Source of the DNA: Gemmatimonadaceae bacterium
GTDB taxonomy: Bacteria > Gemmatimonadota > Gemmatimonadetes > Gemmatimonadales > Gemmatimonadaceae
NCBI GenBank assembly: GCA_046595175.1
Contig: JBKJPM010000013.1
Location: 1 to 45,256, forward strand
DNA: 45,256 nt
Direction: 5' to 3'
Shown here: positions 1-8,462 of the stretch, in pieces
Layout of the letters: every line of letters begins with the position of its first letter
Numbering within the stretch: the stretch's first letter is position 1
Made by a program: the position numbers and the translations under genes
The notes under the pieces: generated by a model
Told to the model about the DNA's origin: nothing
Seen by the model: the letters and a program-made list of their open reading frames with translations, nothing else
The model's database searches: none

Positions 1-779
1 GTCATATCCTCGCGCGGGTTAAGTGCCGCTGGCCTGGCGTCGCGTGCAAAGCTGACATTCCATGGACACACATCCTGACAGATGTCACAGCCATATACCA
101 ATTCGCCCATCGGCTCACGAAGACTTGACGGAATAGGGCCGCGCATCTCGATAGTAAGATAGGAAATGCAGTTGTTCGCGTTCAGGTATCGCTCTGACTC
201 AATTGCGCCGGTTGGACATGCATCAATGCATCGTGTGCAGCTTCCGCAGCGATCTGCCTCGAACGGCGCATCCGGTGAGAGATCAAGATCAATGAGAAGC
301 GTGCCAATGAAGAAGAACGATCCGATCTTCGGGTTTAACAGCATTGTATTCTTTCCGAACCAGCCGAGACCTGCTTTACGTGCCAGGTCCCGCTCGAGGA
401 TCGGTCCGGTGTCTATGTAAGGCTTTGCATTGATCGCGCGCGACTCATCTGCTTCAATCAGGCGATGCAGCTCGCTCAATCTTTCCAGCATCACGTCATG
501 ATAGTCGTCGTATCGCGCGTATCGAGCGACCGGGCCTGTGGGCGTGCGGCCCGCGTAGTCGAGGCCAACCACAATCGCACACTGGACATTCGGGAATGGG
601 CTGCGAGTGTCCTGGCGTTTTTCAGCACCGCGACCGAGGTAGTGCATTTCGCCCGCGTGACCGGCAGTTACCCAGGACTCGAAGTAGGGATGCGTCGCAA
701 CTTCCCCCAGCCTTGTAATTCCGACGAGATCGAAACCCAGGGCATAGGCCTGCGATTTTATCTTCAGCTCGCGGCTCAT
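1..779 (-). CDS. queG: tRNA epoxyqueuosine(34) reductase QueG (3' end runs off the window)
   Basis: Not in the ORF track. Manual translation from the ATG at 779 gives MSRELKIKSQAYALGFDLVGIT..., with Fe-S motifs DRCGSCTRCIDACPTGAI, CISYLTIE and GCDICQDVCPWN typical of QueG. Confidence 0.92.
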   Translation of the reverse strand, partial: MSRELKIKSQAYALGFDLVGITRLGEVATHPYFESWVTAGHAGEMHYLGRGAEKRQDTRSPFPNVQCAIVVGLDYAGRTPTGPVARYARYDDYHDVMLERLSELHRLIEADESRAINAKPYIDTGPILERDLARKAGLGWFGKNTMLLNPKIGSFFFIGTLLIDLDLSPDAPFEADRCGSCTRCIDACPTGAIESERYLNANNCISYLTIEMRGPIPSSLREPMGELVYGCDICQDVCPWNVSFARDARPAALNPREDM

Positions 780-1024
780 TGATCGCTGACCGCCCAGAGG
801 CTGTAGCGTTCAACGTCCTTTGCGGGGGGGATGAAATCGGAATTGCCGTACGCGGTGTACATTCGCCAGCGGACATACGTCCGATCAGGTAGCGGGAGAA
901 AGGGGAATTGCCGGTACCAGGAGTTCGACCGAAAGCGCCACGAGACTTTAAGAAGGGCAATCGCCAGTGAAGGCCGGCGAATTGCGCGAAGTACCAGGCG
1001 TACGCCAAGGTTTATCCACCCCAT
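776..1024 (-). CDS. Small hypothetical protein (82 aa)
   Basis: MGWINLGVRL...PFLPLPDRTYVRWRMYTAYG; its TGA overlaps the queG ATG (ATGA); TATATT lies 6 nt upstream of the ATG at 1024. Confidence 0.7.
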   Translation of the reverse strand: MGWINLGVRLVLRAIRRPSLAIALLKVSWRFRSNSWYRQFPFLPLPDRTYVRWRMYTAYGNSDFIPPAKDVERYSLWAVSDQ

Positions 1025-1027
1025 ACT

Positions 1028-1525
1028 ATGAATATAGAAGAGCCGTGTGATGCGAGGCATCATCTGATTGGCCTGATTTCCGATACGCACGGACTCGTGC
1101 GTCCGGATGTTCACCAGGTACTCGCGGGGGTAGAGCTGATACTGCATGCGGGTGACGTCGGCGAGGGCGTGCTCGCTGAGCTGCGGACCATCGCGCCAGT
1201 AGCCGCTGTCAATGGGAATACCGACCCTCCGGGCGACCCCGAGCTTGTCGAAGCTCTGGAGTTGAATATCGGCGGCGTCTCAATTCATGTTAGCCACGGT
1301 CACGAAGTGGGAAGTCCCAAGCCCGAGAAACTCATCGTGGCCTACGTTGCAGACGTGATTGTCTACGGTCATACGCATAGGCAGCTAATCACGCAGCGCG
1401 AAAATCGGCTCATCATCAACCCTGGGGCCGCAGGCGCGCGACGATTCAATTTGAAGCCTTCAGTCGCGCTGCTTACAATTTCCGGCGGAACGGCCTCTGC
1501 TAAAATTATTGATCTGGATGACTGA
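1028..1525 (+). CDS. Metallophosphoesterase, YfcE/MJ0936 family
   Basis: Motifs ISDTHG, HAGD, GNTD, HGH, GHTH, NPG. Exact start uncertain. Confidence 0.9.
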   Translation: MNIEEPCDARHHLIGLISDTHGLVRPDVHQVLAGVELILHAGDVGEGVLAELRTIAPVAAVNGNTDPPGDPELVEALELNIGGVSIHVSHGHEVGSPKPEKLIVAYVADVIVYGHTHRQLITQRENRLIINPGAAGARRFNLKPSVALLTISGGTASAKIIDLDD

Positions 1526-2192
1526 CACGATCGAGGTGTGGCGGATCCGTCCGCTCAGGGGAGCTGGTGACTTTGCCGCGCTAAGGGCGATTCTTCCTCC
1601 TGCCACGTTAGCGCGAATCGAGCGGGCAGGGGACGTTGTGAGCCAGCGTGCGGCAATCACATCGCGCGCGATTCTGCGCCTTCTGCTTGCGCGCTACACG
1701 CAGATTCCCGCAAACGAGCTTCGCCTGGTTGCCGGAAAAAATGGCAAGCCGAATCTGGATAGCGCGCAGAACTCCTCAGGCATCACGTTCAATTTCTCCG
1801 ATTCCAGGGATATGGCATTAGTTGCCGTAGCGTGGAGCCGCGAGCTGGGAGTGGATGTCGAACAGATTCGCGAGGTAGAGCGGGCTATGGAAATCGCGCC
1901 GCGGTATTTCGCGCCTGAGGAGGCCGCAGAGCTTAATAACGCGAGCGCTGCTGGCCGAAGTAGGGCATTTCTTCAGTTCTGGGCCCGGCACGAAGCGCTT
2001 CTAAAGGCGCGCGGTGGGACAATCTGGAAGCCTGGGAATCAGGTGGATCTCGCGACGCCGGAGTCCGCTTCGTACGTTCAACGGGGGCCGATATTCACGG
2101 TTCGCGACGTTGACTGTGGAAGCGATTATGTTGGCGCGCTGGCCGCCGAAGGAGATGGTTGGTCCATTGAGGTGAAGGATTACAACGACTAA
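1518..2192 (+). CDS. 4'-phosphopantetheinyl transferase (Sfp-type)
   Basis: GKP, FNFSDS, GVDVE and FLQFWARHEALLKARG motifs; ATG at 1518 overlaps the upstream gene end. Confidence 0.85.
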   Translation: MTDTIEVWRIRPLRGAGDFAALRAILPPATLARIERAGDVVSQRAAITSRAILRLLLARYTQIPANELRLVAGKNGKPNLDSAQNSSGITFNFSDSRDMALVAVAWSRELGVDVEQIREVERAMEIAPRYFAPEEAAELNNASAAGRSRAFLQFWARHEALLKARGGTIWKPGNQVDLATPESASYVQRGPIFTVRDVDCGSDYVGALAAEGDGWSIEVKDYND

Positions 2193-2204
2193 CAAGGAGG
2201 CAAG

Positions 2205-2612
2205 ATGGTGCTCAGAAAGTCAGTGTACTTCGCTACCGCGTTCGTAATGCTTGGCTGTGGAGGTGGTGGTAAGAGCAGCACTGGTGTGTCTGGAGGTACG
2301 GGCGGCACGGGAGGAGATGGAGGTGGCGGTGGTACAGGGGCCTGTCCTGCAAATTCGATCTGCATGACTGGTTCTACCTTCACACCTTCGTCGCTGACCG
2401 TTAAGAGTGGCGCAACAGTCGCGTTCGTCAACACGTCCGGCACCGATCACAACGTGAACTTCACTTCCAACTCTCCCACGGGCGGCAATATTCCCACTTT
2501 TTCAAGCGGAACCGTGTCGAGAGTGATGGCAAATGCCGGCACCACAAACTTCTACTGCAACATTCACGGAACGCCGACGGGCGGAATGACCGCCCAGATC
2601 ATTGTTCAGTAA
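2205..2612 (+). CDS. Plastocyanin/azurin-family blue copper lipoprotein
   Basis: RBS AAGGAGG; lipobox-like MLGC, Gly/Thr linker, Cu ligands HNV and YCNIHGTPTGGM. Confidence 0.85.
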   Translation: MVLRKSVYFATAFVMLGCGGGGKSSTGVSGGTGGTGGDGGGGGTGACPANSICMTGSTFTPSSLTVKSGATVAFVNTSGTDHNVNFTSNSPTGGNIPTFSSGTVSRVMANAGTTNFYCNIHGTPTGGMTAQIIVQ

Positions 2613-3994
2613 CTAAAAAACGATGTCCCGTCGAGGTTGCCGGGAATCTCCAATCCAAGTGCTGAAAGAGCAGAGGGCATGACATCGGTCGTCCGCCGCG
2701 GAGAAATCTTCGGCGGACGATTTGTCAGGAGTGGTACGAGCATGTGTTCCCGTCGGAGCGATCCATGCGTCGAGACATGTGGTATCGGTTCGAAGCGCGC
2801 CCGGAAATCCCAACCGGGTGCGGCCGACACGACGATGTCCCCACAGCGCGATGAGCGAGCGAGGTTGGCGATCTGCACTATCGCATCCGGATATTCGCTG
2901 TGAATGGTAGCGTCGTACGCTGTGTGGCTTGAAATATTCGACTGCGCGCCGATTCCAAGCGGATCTCCAGTGATCGGATGATACGAAAACGACTCGCCAT
3001 CCCATTGGACCTTCGCGTTCCCGCGATTCCGTGTTCGCACATCGCATCCGCCTCCACATGGAATCAGCAGGATATCAACGGATTCCAGCTGCAGTAGCAG
3101 CGATGCCATTTTCCCGGCTTGTTCGCCCGCATCGGCCTTATTGGACAGACCAGTGTAGATGTGCGCCATCGCATTTCCACTCACCATGACCGCCGCATCC
3201 GGTGACGAGCGCATCGGCCATGGGTGTGCGATGACGGAGTATCCCCAGGACTGGACGAGCGCGGCAAGGTCTTCGTGGCGACTGACAGGAGAATGTCCAT
3301 GATCACTCACGACCCAGAGATGAGTGTCCTCCCATATTCCTGCCCTTTCGGCTGCGTAGCGAAGTGAGCCGGCAGTGAGATCCACAATCTTAAGAGCTTG
3401 CGATGTAAGCGAAGATTCATGGCCCCGGGCGTGTGACGTTTTGTCGATCCCGGTAAGTGCCGCGAAAGCGAACGCCGGACGCTCGGCCAAAAATCGTTGA
3501 GTGAATTGCGCGGCGATGTCCCGGTCGATCCCGAGCCAGCCCCGAACATCTCCGCGGAAGTGAGTAACTGCCGTTCGAAATACAAAGCGCAGACCCTGGC
3601 CGAGCCTTTCCTCTTTGCGCAGGCCTCGGCCGATTACGTTCATCGCGGCGAGGCTGGTTGGAGCAAGCTCGAAAATTGTCGGCGCCGCCGGATCGAGGTC
3701 GGTGTCAACGTGCCGCATCTCGGCTCCGACGTAGCTGCGGGAATGAAATGGCATGCGCGCCAGACGTCGGGTCCTGTCATACCAGCGCAAGCCTGGCAAG
3801 CCGACAGGACCCGGGAATCGTCCCAGCAGAAATGGGGCGTAAGCCGGACCGGTTACGGAAGGGAACACGGATGTGACCGTGTTAAGGGCGCCCTCGTCAC
3901 GGAGACGCGCAAGGGCGGGAACGCCACCCTCTTCTATTGCCAACTCAAGGGTGTCGGGTCTCAGCCCGTCGGCGACAAGAACGACTACAGGCAC
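2606..3994 (-). CDS. Alkaline phosphatase superfamily protein (nucleotide pyrophosphatase/phosphodiesterase type)
   Basis: DGLRPD, SVFPSVT, DKTSH, SDHGH and THG metal-binding motifs. Confidence 0.85.
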   Translation of the reverse strand: MPVVVLVADGLRPDTLELAIEEGGVPALARLRDEGALNTVTSVFPSVTGPAYAPFLLGRFPGPVGLPGLRWYDRTRRLARMPFHSRSYVGAEMRHVDTDLDPAAPTIFELAPTSLAAMNVIGRGLRKEERLGQGLRFVFRTAVTHFRGDVRGWLGIDRDIAAQFTQRFLAERPAFAFAALTGIDKTSHARGHESSLTSQALKIVDLTAGSLRYAAERAGIWEDTHLWVVSDHGHSPVSRHEDLAALVQSWGYSVIAHPWPMRSSPDAAVMVSGNAMAHIYTGLSNKADAGEQAGKMASLLLQLESVDILLIPCGGGCDVRTRNRGNAKVQWDGESFSYHPITGDPLGIGAQSNISSHTAYDATIHSEYPDAIVQIANLARSSRCGDIVVSAAPGWDFRARFEPIPHVSTHGSLRREHMLVPLLTNRPPKISPRRTTDVMPSALSALGLEIPGNLDGTSFFSY

Positions 3995-4061
3995 AGGATC
4001 ATTTGGCGGGCTTCGTGCATTTGAACACTATATTCTGAAAACTCAAACGCATTTTTCGATC

Positions 4062-5039
4062 ATGAAAGAAAAGAAAGTTTCGCCCGCGAAGGCCAACGGC
4101 AAGCGGGCAGCAGCGAAGCCGGGTCGTGCGCGAACTGCGACAGGCAAGAAAATGGATCCGGCAAAACGCGCCTCCGCTGAACAAGGTGCACTTGCCGGAC
4201 TCAAGGAGCGTACCGAAGAAGGCCACCGCAAGGCCGGGCGTGTTCCGCCTTCCAAACAGGAGAATAGCCGTCGTTCCGGTGCCACGCGTGTCATTGATGA
4301 CGCAATAAGAACTCCCTGGGAACCAGTAACTGAAGACGAGAAGCTGCTTCAGTCTACTGCAACGAATGAGGATTTCACACGTACAGATACTTGGCGCGTG
4401 ATGAGAATCATGGGAGAGTTCATCGAAGGTTTCGATACTCTCGCAAACCTCGACAAGGCCGTTACGATCTTTGGTTCGGCGCGAATCGGGCCGGACGATC
4501 CCCAGTACGAGAACGCGCGTGCCGTCGCCTTTGAGCTGGCCAAGGCAGGATTTGCGGTCATCACGGGTGCCGGCCCCGGCATCATGGAAGCCGCAAACAA
4601 GGGGGCGCAGGAAGGCGGCGGACGCTCTGTGGGATGTAATATCGAGCTTCCCTTCGAGCAGGGCGCAAACCCATACGTCGATACGCTAGTGAACTTTCGC
4701 TATTTCTTTGTGCGTAAGACGATGTTTATCAAATATTCCTGCGCCTTCATTATTTTCCCCGGCGGGTTCGGGACGCTGGATGAGCTTTTTGAATCGCTCA
4801 CGCTGATCCAGACGGGAAAGATTTATCAATTCCCCGTAATTCTCTTCGGCAGGCATTACTGGGCGGGTTTGCTGCGCTGGCTCCAGACGCGCCTGCTCAC
4901 CGAAGGAAAGATTGCGCAGGGCGACATGGATCTGATGCTTCTGACCGACGATCCGGCCGAGGCTGCAAACGCAGTAATAGCATCATACGAGTCGCAGATG
5001 GGGACGCCTGCTGCGCGTAAAATGCGGGACAAGGGGTAA
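4062..5039 (+). CDS. LOG family / TIGR00730 Rossmann-fold nucleotide phosphoribohydrolase
   Basis: FGSAR, GPGIMEAAN, YFFVRK and PGGFGTLDE motifs. Start taken at ATG 4062 (or 4152), since the ORF-track start at 3873 overlaps the divergent gene. Confidence 0.88.
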   Translation: MKEKKVSPAKANGKRAAAKPGRARTATGKKMDPAKRASAEQGALAGLKERTEEGHRKAGRVPPSKQENSRRSGATRVIDDAIRTPWEPVTEDEKLLQSTATNEDFTRTDTWRVMRIMGEFIEGFDTLANLDKAVTIFGSARIGPDDPQYENARAVAFELAKAGFAVITGAGPGIMEAANKGAQEGGGRSVGCNIELPFEQGANPYVDTLVNFRYFFVRKTMFIKYSCAFIIFPGGFGTLDELFESLTLIQTGKIYQFPVILFGRHYWAGLLRWLQTRLLTEGKIAQGDMDLMLLTDDPAEAANAVIASYESQMGTPAARKMRDKG

Positions 5040-5041
5040 AG

Positions 5042-5070
5042 TTGCGGGAACGAATTGAGGCGGATAGTTT
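5042..5070 (+). promoter_or_regulatory. Putative sigma70 promoter upstream of greA
   Basis: TTGCGG-17 nt-TAGTTT. Confidence 0.4.
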
Positions 5071-5078
5071 GCAAATGA

Positions 5079-5115
5079 GAGACGCCCGACAATTACGCGG
5101 GCGTTTCGTCGTTTT
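5079..5115 (+). terminator. Terminator/attenuator-like hairpin between the LOG gene and greA
   Basis: GAGACGCCCG-9 nt-CGGGCGTTTC followed by GTCGTTTT. Confidence 0.5.
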
Positions 5116-5133
5116 ACGAGAGCCGGAACTGCG

Positions 5134-5604
5134 ATGATCGAAGAACTCAAGAGAAAACTAGGTGCCGAATCAGAGAAGCTGATGCACGAGCTGAATGTCA
5201 CGCTTCCAGCGGAGATTCGGCGTGCAGTCGAAATGGGGGACCTGCGCGAGAATAGCGAGTACAAGGCCGCGCTCGAGCGCCAGCAGTTCGTGCAGGCAAG
5301 ATTGGGGCAGCTGCGTCAGCGACTGAGCAAGCTTTCCTCCATCGACATTTCCCAGATTGCCTCGGACAAGGTAGGCCTTGGTTCGCAAGTCACAGTCAAG
5401 GACGAAGTGACCGGCGCGAGCGAGAAATTCAGTCTCGTTTTTGGGGATTCAGTGGAGTACGAGGAAGGACATGTCAGTATGTCTTCCCCAATCGGCCTGG
5501 CGCTTGTTGGGAAGGGAGTCGGCGAGGTGACGATTCTCAGGCTTCCTGCCTCAATAAGAAAACTGAAAATCACAGGACTTAAAACGATTCACGACTTGGG
5601 CTAA
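5134..5604 (+). CDS. greA: Transcription elongation factor GreA/GreB family
   Basis: GDLRENSEY acidic tip and SMSSPIGLALVGK C-terminal motif. Confidence 0.88.
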   Translation: MIEELKRKLGAESEKLMHELNVTLPAEIRRAVEMGDLRENSEYKAALERQQFVQARLGQLRQRLSKLSSIDISQIASDKVGLGSQVTVKDEVTGASEKFSLVFGDSVEYEEGHVSMSSPIGLALVGKGVGEVTILRLPASIRKLKITGLKTIHDLG

Positions 5605-7130
5605 ACGGCCGGAGCAGGTGCTCCAAAAATGCGATCAGATTCCGCAGCATATCGGCGGAGCTGGTCGCATTTTTCTTTTTTACTCCAGGCAAAAAGTTTG
5701 GCCAGTTCATCGCCGACAACTACCGCTGCTGCTCTTCCATGGTCCCGAGTCTCGAACGCGATTCGGGTTCTCCTGATCAGCACATCGCCGATGGTGAGGG
5801 CGAGCTCATTGCTGGCGGCATACCCGATTTCCGCACGCCTGGCCGGGTGGTCGGGGTCTATTGGGAGCGCCAGCGCAGAATCATCGGCCATGATCTCATT
5901 CAGGTGTTCAAGCCGCCGTGCGCCTGGAAGTGACTCTGATGCGGTTTCGGAATTCGATTTTCCGCGGCCCAGTCCGTGCTGAATTTCGTCACAAATCTCT
6001 GCAGCCATGCTGCGGTAAGTCGTGAGTTTTCCGCCCGACACACGAATTGTTCCCGATCTGTCACGTGTGATCTTGTGCTCGCGAGAAACTGAAGTTGGAC
6101 TTCCGCGAGTTTTTGAAGCCACAAGCGGACGCAATCCGGCCCATGCGGAAACGACGTGCTCAGGGCTGAGATAGTGTTCCGGAAAATAGGCGCGTGCGGA
6201 GCGCAGCAGGTATTCGATTTCAGCAGGATCTGCCCTAACTGTATCTGGTGACTCAGAAGTCCAGCTGTCAGTGGTGCCGACAATCGTGAAGTCGCCTGAC
6301 GGAAGAATGAACATCACGCGGCCATCGAGGGGAGACAAAATTGTCAGGGCTTCGTGATTGTCAACGAGCTTTCGCTCGAGGGCTACGTGAGTGCCCTTCG
6401 ACTTGCGTGTCGCACTCCCCAACCCCCATGGACCGGTAGCGTCCACGACAATGCGCGCCCGAACCTCGAACTCGATCGAGCTGAGCTCGTCGCGGACCCG
6501 GATGCCATTTGGCTTGCCGGGATTCACCTTTATCGCGCGGACGTAGCTGGCAGTAACGGCGCCATACTCCCGCGCAGATAGCACATTGGCGAGGGTGAGC
6601 CGTGAATCATCAGTCGTGGCGTCGAAGTAGCTGGCTCCGCCCAGAAGGTCTTTGGGGTTTAGCGCCGGCTCGTTTTCGAGCACTCCCCTGGTATCCAGCC
6701 TCTCGTGGTGCCAAAGCGAGGGGGAGCTTGCGAGTCGGTCATATAAACTCAGGCCAACAAGCAATTTCCACCGGGGAATTCGCGCCCCGCGGTAGACGGG
6801 CCAGGTAAAACGCACTCGTTTAACGAGGTGGGGCGCGATCTCCAGAAGAATGGCGCGCTCCCGGCTGGACTCGCGAACCATGTGAATCTGGCCATGCTCC
6901 AGGTATCGTACGCCGCCATGAACGAGCCGGGACGACCGGCTGGAAGTTCCGCTCGCAAAATCTTCCTTCTCGACGAGGGCAACGCTAAGACCCCGCATGG
7001 CGGCATCCCGAGCTGTGCCGGCACCGGTTATCCCTCCGCCGATGATCAATACGTCGAAGCTATTCTCTGCCAGATTGTGAAGAACCGCGGCCCGGGCTGC
7101 CTGAAGATTTTCGCGGTGCTCTTTTCCCAT
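5601..7130 (-). CDS. glpD: FAD-dependent glycerol-3-phosphate dehydrogenase/oxidase
   Basis: DVLIIGGGITGAG, SGTSSRSSRLVHGGVRYL, GGKLTTYR. True start is ATG 7130; the longer ORF overlaps fadI on the antisense strand. Confidence 0.88.
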   Translation of the reverse strand: MGKEHRENLQAARAAVLHNLAENSFDVLIIGGGITGAGTARDAAMRGLSVALVEKEDFASGTSSRSSRLVHGGVRYLEHGQIHMVRESSRERAILLEIAPHLVKRVRFTWPVYRGARIPRWKLLVGLSLYDRLASSPSLWHHERLDTRGVLENEPALNPKDLLGGASYFDATTDDSRLTLANVLSAREYGAVTASYVRAIKVNPGKPNGIRVRDELSSIEFEVRARIVVDATGPWGLGSATRKSKGTHVALERKLVDNHEALTILSPLDGRVMFILPSGDFTIVGTTDSWTSESPDTVRADPAEIEYLLRSARAYFPEHYLSPEHVVSAWAGLRPLVASKTRGSPTSVSREHKITRDRSGTIRVSGGKLTTYRSMAAEICDEIQHGLGRGKSNSETASESLPGARRLEHLNEIMADDSALALPIDPDHPARRAEIGYAASNELALTIGDVLIRRTRIAFETRDHGRAAAVVVGDELAKLFAWSKKEKCDQLRRYAAESDRIFGAPAPAV

Positions 7131-7169
7131 CCTAGAAAGATACCATATGGGGATTAACTTCCTGACTAC

Positions 7170-8462
7170 ATGGAACCCATCCAGAAACATCGAGTTGCGA
7201 TAGTCGCAGGCGTCCGAACTCCCTTCGTGCGCGCGGGAACTCTTTTCAAGACGATCTCCGCGATTGATCTCGGGAAGCTCTGCGTTGCGGAACTGATTCA
7301 CCGGACGAACCTCGACGGGAAGGAAGTTCAAGCTCTTGTCTTCGGAACGGTGGTTCCTTCTGTTATCGCGCCGAACATCGCACGCGAAGTCTCGCTCCTC
7401 CCGATGCTTCCGAAAGGCGTTCAAGCCTATAGCGTCAGTAGAGCCTGCGCGTCTGCGAATCAGGCGATCACCGATGTCGCGGATCAGATCGCGCTGGGAC
7501 ATATAGATGTGGGGATTGCCGGCGGCTCCGAGTCGCTCTCGAACATTCCGATTCTGCATTCCCAGGGAATGTCGGACGCACTTGTTCAAGCCTCGAAGGC
7601 GAAAACTCTCGGCGGTCGGGTAAAAGCGCTCTCGCGAATTCGAGTCAAGGACCTCGTTCCGATTACGCCAGCCATTGCAGAGCCATCAACCGGAGAGTCG
7701 ATGGGCCAGTCCGCCGAGAAGATGGCGAAGCTGAACAACATCTCGCGGGACGAACAGGACCAGTTCGCCCTGCGATCGCATCGGCTCGCGGCTGAGGGAA
7801 CAAAGGACGGCCGTTTGACTGCCGAGATAATGCCGGTCTATGTACCCCCAAGGTACGAGACGTTCGCAACGAGCGACAACGGAATTCGCGAGGACACAAG
7901 CTATGAACAACTCGCGCAGCTCAAGCCGGTATTCGACCGCCAGTACGGAAGTGTCACCGCAGGCAATGCATCACCGCTAACAGATGGTGGAGCGTGCGTG
8001 CTCCTGATGAGCGAGCAGCGTGCCAGCGACCTTGGCTACGCCCCTCTCGGATTTATTCGCTCGTACGCATATGCGGCGCTCGATCCCGGCGAGCAGTTGC
8101 TTCAGGCGCCAGTTCTGGCTGCGCCGGTCGCTTTAAAAAGAGCCGGACTTGGCTTGGGTGATATCGATCTCGTGGAAATGCACGAAGCATTTGCCGCGCA
8201 AGTTCTTTCCAACCTGCGCGGTTTTGAATCGCAGATGTGGGCCGAGCGCGCTGGATTCACGACGCCTGTTGGCGAGGTGGATCGCGAAAGACTAAACGTA
8301 ATGGGAGGTTCGATTTCCATAGGACATCCCTTCGGTGCAACAGGATCGAGAATTACAGTAACGCTTCTCAATGAGCTGCGACGTCGGGACAAGCAGTTCG
8401 GACTTATGACTGTGTGTGCAGCGGGTGGAATGGGTTTCGCCATGGTCGTGGAGCGCGCATGA
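7170..8462 (+). CDS. fadI: Acetyl-CoA C-acyltransferase (thiolase), FadI type
   Basis: SRACAS, HEAFA, GHPFGATG, CAAGG; directly upstream of fadJ. Confidence 0.92.
   Translation: MEPIQKHRVAIVAGVRTPFVRAGTLFKTISAIDLGKLCVAELIHRTNLDGKEVQALVFGTVVPSVIAPNIAREVSLLPMLPKGVQAYSVSRACASANQAITDVADQIALGHIDVGIAGGSESLSNIPILHSQGMSDALVQASKAKTLGGRVKALSRIRVKDLVPITPAIAEPSTGESMGQSAEKMAKLNNISRDEQDQFALRSHRLAAEGTKDGRLTAEIMPVYVPPRYETFATSDNGIREDTSYEQLAQLKPVFDRQYGSVTAGNASPLTDGGACVLLMSEQRASDLGYAPLGFIRSYAYAALDPGEQLLQAPVLAAPVALKRAGLGLGDIDLVEMHEAFAAQVLSNLRGFESQMWAERAGFTTPVGEVDRERLNVMGGSISIGHPFGATGSRITVTLLNELRRRDKQFGLMTVCAAGGMGFAMVVERA

Noticed and set aside
7131-7589. N-terminal 150-aa extension of the glpD ORF
   Set aside because: Overlaps fadI on the antisense strand; the real start at 7130 has its own extended -10.
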